Positions 1-8,771 of a stretch of DNA of 64,000 nt are shown here, in pieces (position 1 is the first letter of the stretch; each line of letters starts with the position of its first letter). Source of the DNA: Candidatus Rokuibacteriota bacterium (GTDB lineage Bacteria > Methylomirabilota > Methylomirabilia > Rokubacteriales > CSP1-6); NCBI GenBank assembly GCA_016184305.1, contig JACPCX010000179.1, positions 1-64,000 of the forward strand, read 5' to 3'. The notes under the pieces were generated by a model. It was not told the DNA's origin, did not search any database, and was given only the letters and a program-made list of their open reading frames with translations. The position numbers were made by a program, and so were the translations under genes.

Positions 1-399
1 TCCTTGATCCAGACGTCGGGACGGGCCGCGCGGCACGTCAACGGCGAGGTCCTCATGTACGCCGACCGCGTCACCGGCTCCATGCAGGAGGCCATCGCCG
101 AGACCGAGCGGCGGCGGGCGGCCCAGGCGGAGTACAACGGCGCCCACGGCATCACGCCGGAGTCCATCAAGAAGTCCATCCGTGAGCTGCTCGAGACCGT
201 GCCTGAGCGGGACTACTACACGGTCGAGGTGCCGGACGTGGCGGAGCCGGCCTGGGAGAGCCCGCAGGCACTGGCGGCGCACATCGCCGAGCTGGAGGCG
301 GCCATGCGCGAGGCGGCCAAGCGCCTGGACTTCGAGCGGGCCGCCGAGCTCCGGGACCGGGTCAAGGCGCTCCGGAAGATCGAGCTGGAGGTCCGCTGA
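1..399 (+). CDS. uvrB: Excinuclease ABC subunit B, C-terminal part (truncated by window edge)
   Basis: [14 protein letters not shown] helicase motif VI, ETERRR segment, C-terminal UVR domain ([18 protein letters not shown]); uvrC follows. Confidence 0.95.
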   Translation, partial: SLIQTSGRAARHVNGEVLMYADRVTGSMQEAIAETERRRAAQAEYNGAHGITPESIKKSIRELLETVPERDYYTVEVPDVAEPAWESPQALAAHIAELEAAMREAAKRLDFERAAELRDRVKALRKIELEVR

Positions 400-403
400 G
401 CCG

Positions 404-613
404 GTGGGCATCTTCAAGTGGGCGCTGGTGCTCTTCGGGAGCCTGACGCTCGGGCTCGTGGTGCTGGCGAAGGTGCTCGGTTTCCTGAACCCGCCCCGTC
501 CGGGCCGGCCCGAGCCACCGCTGCTGGTCCGGACTCGCCGCGCGCTGCGCTGGTCGATCCTGTTCCCCGCGCTGCTGGGACTCGCCATCCTCGCGGCCAC
601 GCTGCTGAGGTGA
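404..613 (+). CDS. Small two-TM membrane protein, hypothetical
   Basis: GTG at 404; two hydrophobic stretches separated by a Pro/Arg-rich loop; coding-like codon usage. Confidence 0.6.
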   Translation: MGIFKWALVLFGSLTLGLVVLAKVLGFLNPPRPGRPEPPLLVRTRRALRWSILFPALLGLAILAATLLR

Positions 614-687
614 CGGCGGCCCGCCGAGTGGGCGCGAACCAGCATCGAGGGGCTGGAGCGGTGGCGCCCCGCGGGCCCGGCGCCAGG

Positions 688-693
688 TAGAAT
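688..693 (+). promoter_or_regulatory. -10 element (TAGAAT), probable leaderless uvrC promoter
   Basis: TAGAAT ends 6 nt before the GTG start at 700; no SD. Confidence 0.5.
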
Positions 694-699
694 ACGAGC

Positions 700-2535
700 G
701 TGACCCTCGAGGAGAAGGTGGCGGAGGCCCCGGATCGGCCCGGCGTCTACTTCTACAAGGACGCGAAGGGCCAGATCATCTACGTGGGGAAGGCCGGGTC
801 TCTGCGGAGCCGGGTGCGCTCCTACTTCCAGGAGTCCCGGGCGCGGGATCCCAAGACGGACGCGCTCGTGGGCCAGATCCGGGACGTCGAGTACATCGTC
901 ACGGGCAACGAGCTGGAAGCGCTGATCCTCGAGTCCAATCTCGTCAAGCAGCACCGGCCCCGCTACAACATCATCCTCCGCGACGACAAGCACTACCCGT
1001 TCCTCAAGCTCACGACCGACGAGGGGTTCCCGCGGCTCGTGGTGGCGCGCCGGGTGCAGAAGGACGGCGCCGCCTACTACGGTCCGTTCTACCCCGCCAC
1101 GGCCGTGCGGGAGACCCTGCGCCTCGTCCGGCAGCTCTTCCCGCTGCGCACCTGCCGGATCACGATCGATGGCGCCCTCGCCCGGCCGTGCATCCAGTAC
1201 TTCATCCACCGCTGCAATGCGCCGTGCACGGGGCAGGAGACGCGGGAGGAGTATGCGCGGACCGTGGCCGCCGTGCAGCGATTCCTCGAGGGGAAGCACG
1301 ACGAGCTGGCGAAGGAGCTGACGCGCGAGATGGAGACGGCCGCGGCGGAGATGAAGTTCGAGCGGGCCGCCGCGCTCCGGGACCGGGTCCAGGCGCTGAA
1401 CACCGTACGTGAGCGCCAGAAGATCATCTCCACCGACGAGATGGACCAGGACATCGTGGGAGTCGTGCGCCAGGGGGGAGAGGCCTGCGTCCAGCTCTTC
1501 TTCGTGCGCAAGGGGCGGCTCCTGGGGCGCGAGTCATTCTTCTTCGACCGCGTCTCGGGGTGGACGGACGGCGAGATCCTGTCGGCCTTCATCCATCAGT
1601 TCTACGCGCGCCAGGTGACCCCCCCGCCCGAGATCCTCCTGTCGGCGGACATCCCCGACGCCGAGCTGACTGCGGCGTGGCTGCGGCAGAGCCGCGGCGC
1701 GCGAGTGGAGGTGGTGGCCCCGCAGCGGGGGCGCCGGCGCGAGCTCGTGGCCATGGCGGAGGAGAACGCGGCGCTCGCGCTCCAGACCCACCTGCTGTCC
1801 CGGGCGAACCGGGAGCAGGTGGTCCTGGAGGAGATGACGCGCGCGCTCGGGCTGCCCGCGCCGCCCCACCGCATCGAGGCCTTCGACATCTCCACGATAC
1901 AGGGCAGCGAGACGGTGGCCTCCATGGTCGTCTGGCAGAACGGGGACATGAAGAAGGACGAGTACAAGCGGTACAAGATCCGCACCGTCACCGGGCCCGA
2001 CGACGTGGCGTCCATGCGCGAGGTGCTGACGCGGCGCTACTCGAAGGCGCTCGAGACCGAGGCCTCGCTGCCGGACCTGATCCTCCTGGACGGGGGCCGC
2101 GGTCAGCTCGGCGTGGGAAGCAAGGTGCTCGAGGCCCTCGGGCTCGACTACGTCCCGATCGCGGCCCTGGCGAAGCGGGCGGAGGAGGTCTACGTGCCGG
2201 AGCGCCTCGCGCCGCTCCTGCTGGATCTCGGGTCGCCCGCGCTCCAGACGCTGCAGAAGATCCGGGACGAGGCGCATCGGTTCGCCATCACGTATCACAA
2301 GACGCTGCGCCAGCGACGGACGATCAGCTCCGAGCTCGACCGGATCCCCGGAGTCGGACCGACGCTCCGGACGAGTCTGCTCCGGAGCCTGGGCTCGGCC
2401 CGGGGCGTCCGTGCGGCCTCCGTGGCGGATCTGGCAGCGGTGCCGAAGATCACCCCGAAGCTGGCGCAGCGTATCCACGATTTCTTCCACCGAGGTCCCG
2501 GGGCCCGGGAACCCGCGGAGGGATCAGGCGGTTAG
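700..2535 (+). CDS. uvrC: Excinuclease ABC subunit C
   Basis: GIY-YIG (PGVY..YVGKA..LRSRVRSYF), UVR domain, RIEAFDIS, DGGRGQL, RDEAHRFAI, HhH. Confidence 0.97.
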   Translation: MTLEEKVAEAPDRPGVYFYKDAKGQIIYVGKAGSLRSRVRSYFQESRARDPKTDALVGQIRDVEYIVTGNELEALILESNLVKQHRPRYNIILRDDKHYPFLKLTTDEGFPRLVVARRVQKDGAAYYGPFYPATAVRETLRLVRQLFPLRTCRITIDGALARPCIQYFIHRCNAPCTGQETREEYARTVAAVQRFLEGKHDELAKELTREMETAAAEMKFERAAALRDRVQALNTVRERQKIISTDEMDQDIVGVVRQGGEACVQLFFVRKGRLLGRESFFFDRVSGWTDGEILSAFIHQFYARQVTPPPEILLSADIPDAELTAAWLRQSRGARVEVVAPQRGRRRELVAMAEENAALALQTHLLSRANREQVVLEEMTRALGLPAPPHRIEAFDISTIQGSETVASMVVWQNGDMKKDEYKRYKIRTVTGPDDVASMREVLTRRYSKALETEASLPDLILLDGGRGQLGVGSKVLEALGLDYVPIAALAKRAEEVYVPERLAPLLLDLGSPALQTLQKIRDEAHRFAITYHKTLRQRRTISSELDRIPGVGPTLRTSLLRSLGSARGVRAASVADLAAVPKITPKLAQRIHDFFHRGPGAREPAEGSGG

Positions 2536-2571
2536 GAGCATGGAATCTCATCAGAAAGGAGGTGACGCGCA

Positions 2572-2820
2572 ATGAAGAAGATCCTCATGGCTCTCGCGAT
2601 GGTCGCCGTGATGGCGAGCCCGGTGCTGGCGTTCCAGTGCCCCTTGCTTATCAAGCAGATCGAGGACGCGACGGCTGGCAAGACCGACGCCAACTCCACC
2701 AAGGCGAAGGCGATCGCGGCGGAGGCGAAGACCCTGCACGCTGCCGGCAAGCATGCCGAGTCGATCGTCAAGGCTGAAGAGGCCGCGAAGGTAATCACCC
2801 TGACGCTGAAGAAGAAGTAG
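2572..2820 (+). CDS. Small secreted protein, hypothetical
   Basis: Strong SD (aaggaggtg); signal peptide MKKILMALA...VLA; mature part begins FQCP and is Ala/Lys-rich helical. Confidence 0.85.
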   Translation: MKKILMALAMVAVMASPVLAFQCPLLIKQIEDATAGKTDANSTKAKAIAAEAKTLHAAGKHAESIVKAEEAAKVITLTLKKK

Positions 2821-2831
2821 CCCCGTGCTCG

Positions 2832-2870
2832 CCCCGGGGGCTCACGCGAGCCCCCGGGGAGCCGTTTCTT
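2832..2870 (+). terminator. GC-rich hairpin, probable intrinsic terminator
   Basis: ccccgggggctc-acgc-gagcccccgggg perfect 12 bp stem, gtttctt shortly after. Confidence 0.6.
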
Positions 2871-2908
2871 GCGTCCTCCAGCTAAGTGTGTTAAAAATCA
2901 GGACTAAT

Positions 2909-5407
2909 ATGTCCATCGACGATCGGCCCGAGCGCTACCCGTTCGCGGAGATCGAGGCCAAGTGGCAGAGGGTGTGGGAGGAGTCCAGGCAGTTCAAGGC
3001 CATCGAGGACCCGAGCCGCCCCAAGTTCTACTGTCTCGAGATGTTCCCGTACCCCTCCGGCCGCATCCACATGGGCCATGTCCGCGTCTACGCCATCGGC
3101 GACCTGCTCGCCCGCTATAAGTGGATGCGCGGCTTCAACGTGCTCCACCCCATGGGCTGGGACGCCTTCGGGCTGCCCGCCGAGAACGCCGCCATCAACA
3201 ACGGCGTGCACCCCGCGGTGTGGACCCACGAGAACATCGCGAGCATGCGCAGCCAGCTGCGGCGCATGGGCATCTCCTACGACTGGGACCGCGAGCTGGC
3301 CACCTGCGATCCCGCCTACTACCGCTGGGAGCAGCTCATCTTCATCCGCATGTTCGAGCGGGGGCTGGCGTACAAGAAGCGCTCCAGCGTGAACTGGTGC
3401 CCGGCGTGCCAGACCATCCTGGCCAACGAGCAGGTGGAGGCTGGGCGGTGCTGGCGCTGCGACTCCGAGGTCGGCACCAGGGACATCGAGGCCTGGTTCT
3501 TCAAGATCACGCAGTATGCGGAGGAGCTCCTCGACTGGTGCGACCGGCTGCCGGGCTGGCCCGAACGGGTCATGACCATGCAGCGCAACTGGATTGGCAA
3601 GAGCGAGGGCGCCGAGTTCAACCTGCCGGTGGTCGGCCGTCCCGGCCTCACCATTCGCATCTTCACCACGCGCCCGGACACCTCCTTCGGGATGACCTAC
3701 GCCGTGCTGGCCCCCGAGCATCGGCTCGTGGACGCGCTGGTGACGGACGGCATCGAGCGAGCCCGCGTGCAGGCCTTCAGGCAGGAGGTGGCGCGGGAGT
3801 CCGAGATCGAGCGGCTGGCGGCGGACCGGCCCAAGCGGGGCCTCAGGCTCAGCGCCAGGGCCCTGAACCCGTTCAATGGCCAGGAGATCCCGCTGTTCCT
3901 GGCCGACTACGTGCTCATGGGTTATGGGACCGGCGCCATCATGGCGGTGCCGGGCGAGGACCAGCGGGACTGGGACTTCGCCAAGCAGCAGGGGCTGCCT
4001 ATCATCCCGACGGTGGAGCGGCCGCAGGGCTGGAAGGAGACGCAGGCCTACACCGGCGACGGCGTGAAGATCAACTCGGGTTTTCTCGACGGGCTCGGCA
4101 TCGCCCAGGCCAAGCGGCGGGCCATCGACTGGCTCGTGGAGCGCGGGCTGGGCGAGGCCAAGGTGAACTACCGGCTCCGGGACTGGGGGATCAGCCGGCA
4201 GCGCTACTGGGGCGCGCCCATCCCGATCCTCCACTGCGCGTCGTGCGGCATGGTGCCCGAGCGCGAGGACCGGCTGCCCGTGGTCCTGCCGGAAGACGTC
4301 CAGATCAGCGGCAAGGGCGGCTCGCCGCTGGCCGACGTGGCCAGCTTCGTCAACGCCGCCTGTCCCCGCTGCGGCGGTCGGGCCCGGCGGGAAACCGACA
4401 CCATGGACACCTTCGTGGAGTCCTCGTGGTACTTCCTGCGCTACTGCTCGCCGCAGTTCAGGGACGGGATGTTCGACTCCAAGGCGGCGGCCTACTGGAT
4501 GCCCGTGGACCAGTACATCGGGGGCATCGAGCACGCCGTGCTCCATCTCCTCTACGCGCGCTTCTACACCAAGGTGCTGCGCGACCTGGGCCTCACGACG
4601 GTCGACGAGCCCTTCTGGGCGCTGCTCTCCCAGGGCATGGTCATCAAGGATGGCGCGAAGATGTCGAAGGCCAGGGGCAACGTGGTGGACCCGGACGGGC
4701 TGATCCGTCGCTACGGAGCCGACACCGCGCGGCTCTTCTCGCTCTTCGCCGCGCCGCCGGAAAAAGATCTCGACTGGAACGACCGCGGGGTGGAGGGGGC
4801 CTCCCGCTTCCTCAACCGCCTCTGGCGCTTCATCCACGCCCATCTCGAGGAGCTGCGGGCGGCCTCCCCGGCCCGCCCGGCGGGGCTGTCGCCAGCCGGG
4901 CGGGCCTTCCGGCGCACGATCCATGAGACGATCCAGCGGGTCACGGCGGACATCGAGAAGGACTTCCACTTCAACACCGCCATCAGCGCGGTGATGGAGC
5001 TGGTCAACGCGCTGCTCGAGTTCGAGCGCGTCTCCATGGATGCGGTGAGCCGCGAGGAGCGCCAGGGGCTCCTCAGCGCGGCGGTGGAGGCCACGGTTCT
5101 CCTCCTCGGTCCGGTCTGCCCCCACGTCACGGAAGAGCTGTGGGCGGCGCTGGGCCACACGGAGAGTCTGTTCAAGCAGCCCTGGCCCACGCCGGATCCC
5201 GAGGCCCTCAGGCGCCAGGAGGTGGAGATCGTCGTCCAGGTGGACGGCCGGGTGCGGGGCCATGTCACGGTGGATGTCTCGGCGGCCGAGCAGGAGGTGC
5301 AGGACCGAGCCCTCGCCGACGTCAAGGTGCGTCCGTGGCTGAGCGGGCGCGAGGTGGCCAAGGTCGTCGTGGTGCCAGGGCGGCTCGTGAACGTCGTGAC
5401 CCGCTGA
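2909..5407 (+). CDS. leuS: Leucine--tRNA ligase
   Basis: EMFPYPSG, HMGH, FTTRPDT editing domain, LRDWGISRQRYWG, KMSKA; ATG at 2909. Confidence 0.97.
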   Translation: MSIDDRPERYPFAEIEAKWQRVWEESRQFKAIEDPSRPKFYCLEMFPYPSGRIHMGHVRVYAIGDLLARYKWMRGFNVLHPMGWDAFGLPAENAAINNGVHPAVWTHENIASMRSQLRRMGISYDWDRELATCDPAYYRWEQLIFIRMFERGLAYKKRSSVNWCPACQTILANEQVEAGRCWRCDSEVGTRDIEAWFFKITQYAEELLDWCDRLPGWPERVMTMQRNWIGKSEGAEFNLPVVGRPGLTIRIFTTRPDTSFGMTYAVLAPEHRLVDALVTDGIERARVQAFRQEVARESEIERLAADRPKRGLRLSARALNPFNGQEIPLFLADYVLMGYGTGAIMAVPGEDQRDWDFAKQQGLPIIPTVERPQGWKETQAYTGDGVKINSGFLDGLGIAQAKRRAIDWLVERGLGEAKVNYRLRDWGISRQRYWGAPIPILHCASCGMVPEREDRLPVVLPEDVQISGKGGSPLADVASFVNAACPRCGGRARRETDTMDTFVESSWYFLRYCSPQFRDGMFDSKAAAYWMPVDQYIGGIEHAVLHLLYARFYTKVLRDLGLTTVDEPFWALLSQGMVIKDGAKMSKARGNVVDPDGLIRRYGADTARLFSLFAAPPEKDLDWNDRGVEGASRFLNRLWRFIHAHLEELRAASPARPAGLSPAGRAFRRTIHETIQRVTADIEKDFHFNTAISAVMELVNALLEFERVSMDAVSREERQGLLSAAVEATVLLLGPVCPHVTEELWAALGHTESLFKQPWPTPDPEALRRQEVEIVVQVDGRVRGHVTVDVSAAEQEVQDRALADVKVRPWLSGREVAKVVVVPGRLVNVVTR

Positions 5408-5946
5408 TGCCGCGCCCGGCACGGCGCGCCCGGATCCGCGGCGCCGGGATCTCCCTGGCAGGGGTGCTCGTGGCCCTGCTCGCTTTCGGAGGCTGCGGCT
5501 ACAGCTTCCGGGGCAACCTGCCGCCACATATCAAGACGGTGGCTGTTCCCACCTTCAAGAACAAGACGCAGGAGCCCGCAGTGGAGAACACCATCACCGC
5601 GGCGGTGGTGAACGCGTTCGTGAGCAGCGGCAAGCTCAAGGTGGTCCCGCCCGACGAGGCCGACTCGATCCTGGAAGGGGAGATCGTGGGCTACCAGATC
5701 CAGTCGCTCGCCGTGGACCGGACCATCAACGTGCGCGAGTACCGGCTCCTGGTGACGATGAACATCCAGTTCCGTGATGTCCGCAGGGGCGGCACGCTCT
5801 GGCGGCAGGAGGGGCTCCAGGAGCAGGCGGACTTCCGCGTCCCCGGCCAGGTGTCCGGGACGATCAGCCGGGAGGAGGGCGCCGTCAGGGAGGCTGCCGT
5901 GGACATCGGCCGGAAGATCGTGAACCTGGTGGTGGACCGCTTCTAG
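5407..5946 (+). CDS. lptE: LPS assembly lipoprotein LptE family
   Basis: Lipobox-like FGGCGYSFRG; classic leuS-lptE-holA order; TGATG overlap. Confidence 0.85.
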   Translation: MPRPARRARIRGAGISLAGVLVALLAFGGCGYSFRGNLPPHIKTVAVPTFKNKTQEPAVENTITAAVVNAFVSSGKLKVVPPDEADSILEGEIVGYQIQSLAVDRTINVREYRLLVTMNIQFRDVRRGGTLWRQEGLQEQADFRVPGQVSGTISREEGAVREAAVDIGRKIVNLVVDRF

Positions 5947-6944
5947 TGGATTACCTCGGTTTCCTCAGGGCGGTGGAGTCGGGGCGGACCCCGCCCGTTG
6001 CGCTGCTGCACGGCCCCGAGCCTCTCCTCATCGAGGATGCCGTGGCCGCGGTCACGCGCGCGCTCTTCCCCGACCCGTCGCTCGCGACCCTGTCGCGGGA
6101 GGTCCTGGAGGCCAGGGAGGCGGGGGCCGAGGGCATCGTCCGTTCGGCCCTGACGCTGCCCTTTCTCACGCCAGCCCGTCTCGTGGTCGTGCGCGGGGCC
6201 GACACCCTGCCGGCCAAGCAGGCCGAGGCGCTCGGCGGTTACTGCAAGGCGCCGAATCCGTCCAGCGTGCTCCTGCTGCTCGCCGACGACACCGTGCCGG
6301 CTGGCCACTGGTTGCTTCGTGTGCTGCCCCCGGCCGCCATCGTGGGGGTCCCTCGACCGGCTGGCCGGGCGCTCCTCATCTGGCTGCGCGGGCGCGCGAG
6401 GTCGGCCGGCTTCGAGCTGGCTGAGGAAGCGGCCACGCTCCTGGTGGAGCTGGCCGGCGAGGATCTCGCGAGCCTCATCGGCGAGGTCGAGAAGGCCGCG
6501 CTGGCCGGCGGTCCCGAGAACCGTCGCGTCACCGTCGCCGAGGTGCGGGCTGTCGTCGGCGAGCACCGGCTGCGGGACATCTTCGAGTTGACGGACGCGC
6601 TGGCGGCACGAGACCTGGCGCGGGCTCTGGCGGTCCTCGCCTCCCTGCTCCAGGCGGGGGAGGAGCCGCTGGCCGTGCTCGGGATGCTGGCCCGCGAGGC
6701 CCGTGCCACCTGGCAGGCGCAGGAGTGGCTCCGCAAGGGGCGCAGCGCGGATGAGGTCGCTCGGGCGCTGAGACGGCCGCAGGCGGCGGCAGCCGCGCTG
6801 GTGACGCTGGCGCGCTCGCTCTCTGCGCGGGCGGCAACGCACCGCCTGGCGCGCTGCTGGGACGTGGAGCGCCGGCTGAAGCTCGGCGCCCCGCCTCGCC
6901 CCGAGATCACGCTGCTCATCGCGGAGCTGTGCGCGGCCTGCTAG
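5946..6944 (+). CDS. holA: DNA polymerase III delta subunit
   Basis: LLHGPE, LPF...RLVVVR, GEVEK, IFELTDAL; synteny. Confidence 0.9.
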   Translation: MDYLGFLRAVESGRTPPVALLHGPEPLLIEDAVAAVTRALFPDPSLATLSREVLEAREAGAEGIVRSALTLPFLTPARLVVVRGADTLPAKQAEALGGYCKAPNPSSVLLLLADDTVPAGHWLLRVLPPAAIVGVPRPAGRALLIWLRGRARSAGFELAEEAATLLVELAGEDLASLIGEVEKAALAGGPENRRVTVAEVRAVVGEHRLRDIFELTDALAARDLARALAVLASLLQAGEEPLAVLGMLAREARATWQAQEWLRKGRSADEVARALRRPQAAAAALVTLARSLSARAATHRLARCWDVERRLKLGAPPRPEITLLIAELCAAC

Positions 6945-8272
6945 GGGGCCGGGCGTGGCGGAGCTACGTCGGGCTCGTCCTGGCCCTCGGCGCAGCAGCG
7001 CCGGCGACGGCCGACCTCGTGGCCGGGGCGGCCTCGGTGGAGGTGGCGCTGCCCGCCGGGACGCCGCTTGCCGGGTTCGGCGGCTTCCCGCGCCGGGCGT
7101 GGATCCCCGACCTGCTGAACCGCTTCCCCCACGCATTCTGGTTCAACCCGTCCGAGGGCGTGCACGATCCGCTGATGGTCCGGGCCCTCGAGCTGGAGTC
7201 GGGGAGCACGCGCATCATCTGGGTTGCCGTCGACCTCGTGGGCATTGACCCGAGTCTCGTTGGCGAGCTGCGTGGGCGTCTCGCGCAGTCGGGCCAGGCT
7301 CCTTCCGCGCTGATCGTGTCCGCTTCCCACACCCATTCGGGGCCCGGCGGTTTCGCGCACTCCGCGCTCTTCGGGTTCGTGGCGACCGACCGGCTGTCGG
7401 ACGCAGTGCGGGAGCGCATCCTGGAGGGCCTCGTGCGGGCGGCGCAGGCGGCGCATGGGCGGCGGGTTCCGGCTCTGGTGGGAACGGGGCGCGCCGAGGT
7501 GACCGGGATCGTGAAGAGCCGGCTCAAGGCGCCGCTCGATCCGGAGCTCTCGGTGCTCAAGGTGGTCTCGCGGGACGGCCGTCCCGTGGCGGTCGTGTGG
7601 AACTACGCCATCCACGGCACGGCGCTGGGGCGGGGCAACGCCCTCATCTCGGGCGATCTCATGGGCGAGGCCTCGGCCCGTATCGAGCGGGCACTCGAGG
7701 CGCCGGCGCTCTTCGTCAACGGTGCCGTGGGGGACGTGAGCCCGGCCCGGCGAGGGTGGGAAGGGGTGAGGAGCACGGGGGAGACCCTGGCCGTGGGAGC
7801 GCTCGGCGCTTGGGCGCGGATCAAGGTCGAGCCCGACGCGCGCCTGGAGGTCATGAGCCAGCACGTGACCGTGGGGCCTCCCGCGCTCCGAGTCAGGAAC
7901 TGCACAGCGCGGTGGCTGCCGCCGTGGCTCGAGGTCGGGCTCGGTAGCGCGCTGCCCAGCTCGTCGGAGGTCGTGGCGGTGGCGGTGGGTCGCGCGGGCT
8001 GGGTGACGATCCCCGGCGAGCTCGAGACGCGGCTCGGGCTCGAGATCAAGGCGGCGGCCCCGCCGCCGCTTGAGCGCGTGTTCGTCGCTGGCGTGTCCAA
8101 CGATTACCTGGGGTACTTCCTGACGGCGGAAGCCTACGATCGGCCGAGCTACATCGCCTGCGGCAGTCTCTACGGGGAGCGCGGCGGAGCGATCATGCGC
8201 GATGCCGCCGTGGCGCTCCTCACACGGCTCGCCGCGCGGCTGCCTGGCGGGAAGCCAGCCCCCCCCCGATGA
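6929..8272 (+). CDS. Neutral/alkaline ceramidase-like metallo-amidase, probably secreted (start uncertain)
   Basis: GVHDPLMVRAL, SASHTHSGP, NYAIHGT, NGAVGDVSP, IPGE, NDYLGY motifs. Confidence 0.8.
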   Translation: MRGLLGGRAWRSYVGLVLALGAAAPATADLVAGAASVEVALPAGTPLAGFGGFPRRAWIPDLLNRFPHAFWFNPSEGVHDPLMVRALELESGSTRIIWVAVDLVGIDPSLVGELRGRLAQSGQAPSALIVSASHTHSGPGGFAHSALFGFVATDRLSDAVRERILEGLVRAAQAAHGRRVPALVGTGRAEVTGIVKSRLKAPLDPELSVLKVVSRDGRPVAVVWNYAIHGTALGRGNALISGDLMGEASARIERALEAPALFVNGAVGDVSPARRGWEGVRSTGETLAVGALGAWARIKVEPDARLEVMSQHVTVGPPALRVRNCTARWLPPWLEVGLGSALPSSSEVVAVAVGRAGWVTIPGELETRLGLEIKAAAPPPLERVFVAGVSNDYLGYFLTAEAYDRPSYIACGSLYGERGGAIMRDAAVALLTRLAARLPGGKPAPPR

Positions 8273-8402
8273 GGCCCAAAGGGCCGAAGAGGCCAGACCG
8301 CCACCTGGGGTCTTCCACGGTCAGGCGAGATGGTCAAAGGCCCAAAGGGCCGAAGAGGCCAGACCGCCACCTGGGGTCTTCCACGGTCAGGCGAGATGGT
8401 CA
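8266..8402 (+). repeat. Repeat family A: two tandem 66 bp units
   Basis: aggcccaaagggccgaagaggccagaccgccacctggggtcttccacggtcaggcgagatggtca at 8272 and 8338. Confidence 0.95.
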
Positions 8403-8415
8403 GCGCGGGAGGGGA

Positions 8416-8676
8416 TTACTTGACGGCGCGGAGCTTGCGGGCGAGCGCGGACTTCTTGCGGGCGGCGGTGTTCCGGTGAAGGACGCCCTGGGTCACGGCC
8501 CTGTCCAGTGTGCGGATGGCCTCACGGACGACTGCCATGGCCTCGGCGGGCTGGGTCCCGAGCGCCGTCGTGGCGCTCTTGACGACCGAACGGAGCTTGC
8601 TGCGCACGGCTCGGTTGCGCTGACGGTGCTTCTCGCTCTGCTTCATCCGCTTGATCGCGGACTTGGTATTGGCCAC
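8416..8676 (-). CDS. rpsT: 30S ribosomal protein S20
   Basis: MANTKSAIKR...RN...S..R, GVLHRNTAARKKS. Confidence 0.98.
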   Translation of the reverse strand: MANTKSAIKRMKQSEKHRQRNRAVRSKLRSVVKSATTALGTQPAEAMAVVREAIRTLDRAVTQGVLHRNTAARKKSALARKLRAVK

Positions 8677-8729
8677 CGGAGCACTCCTCCTCGGGTATTG
8701 GCGTCGATGTGGACCGCAGGCAAGGCCTG

Positions 8730-8758
8730 ACGTTACCGTCCGAGCCCGGGTGTGTCAA
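8730..8758 (-). promoter_or_regulatory. sigma70 promoter for rpsT
   Basis: Minus strand TTGACA-17 bp-TAACGT. Confidence 0.75.
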
Positions 8759-8771
8759 GGAGTTTGTCCTC

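Noticed and set aside
614..699. LexA/SOS box for uvrC
   Set aside because: No recognisable palindrome of the known LexA box types
2891..5527. Long antisense ORFs (also 23033-25486, 26675-28825, 33330-35543 and others)
   Set aside because: Expected shadows of high-GC coding strands; no motifs
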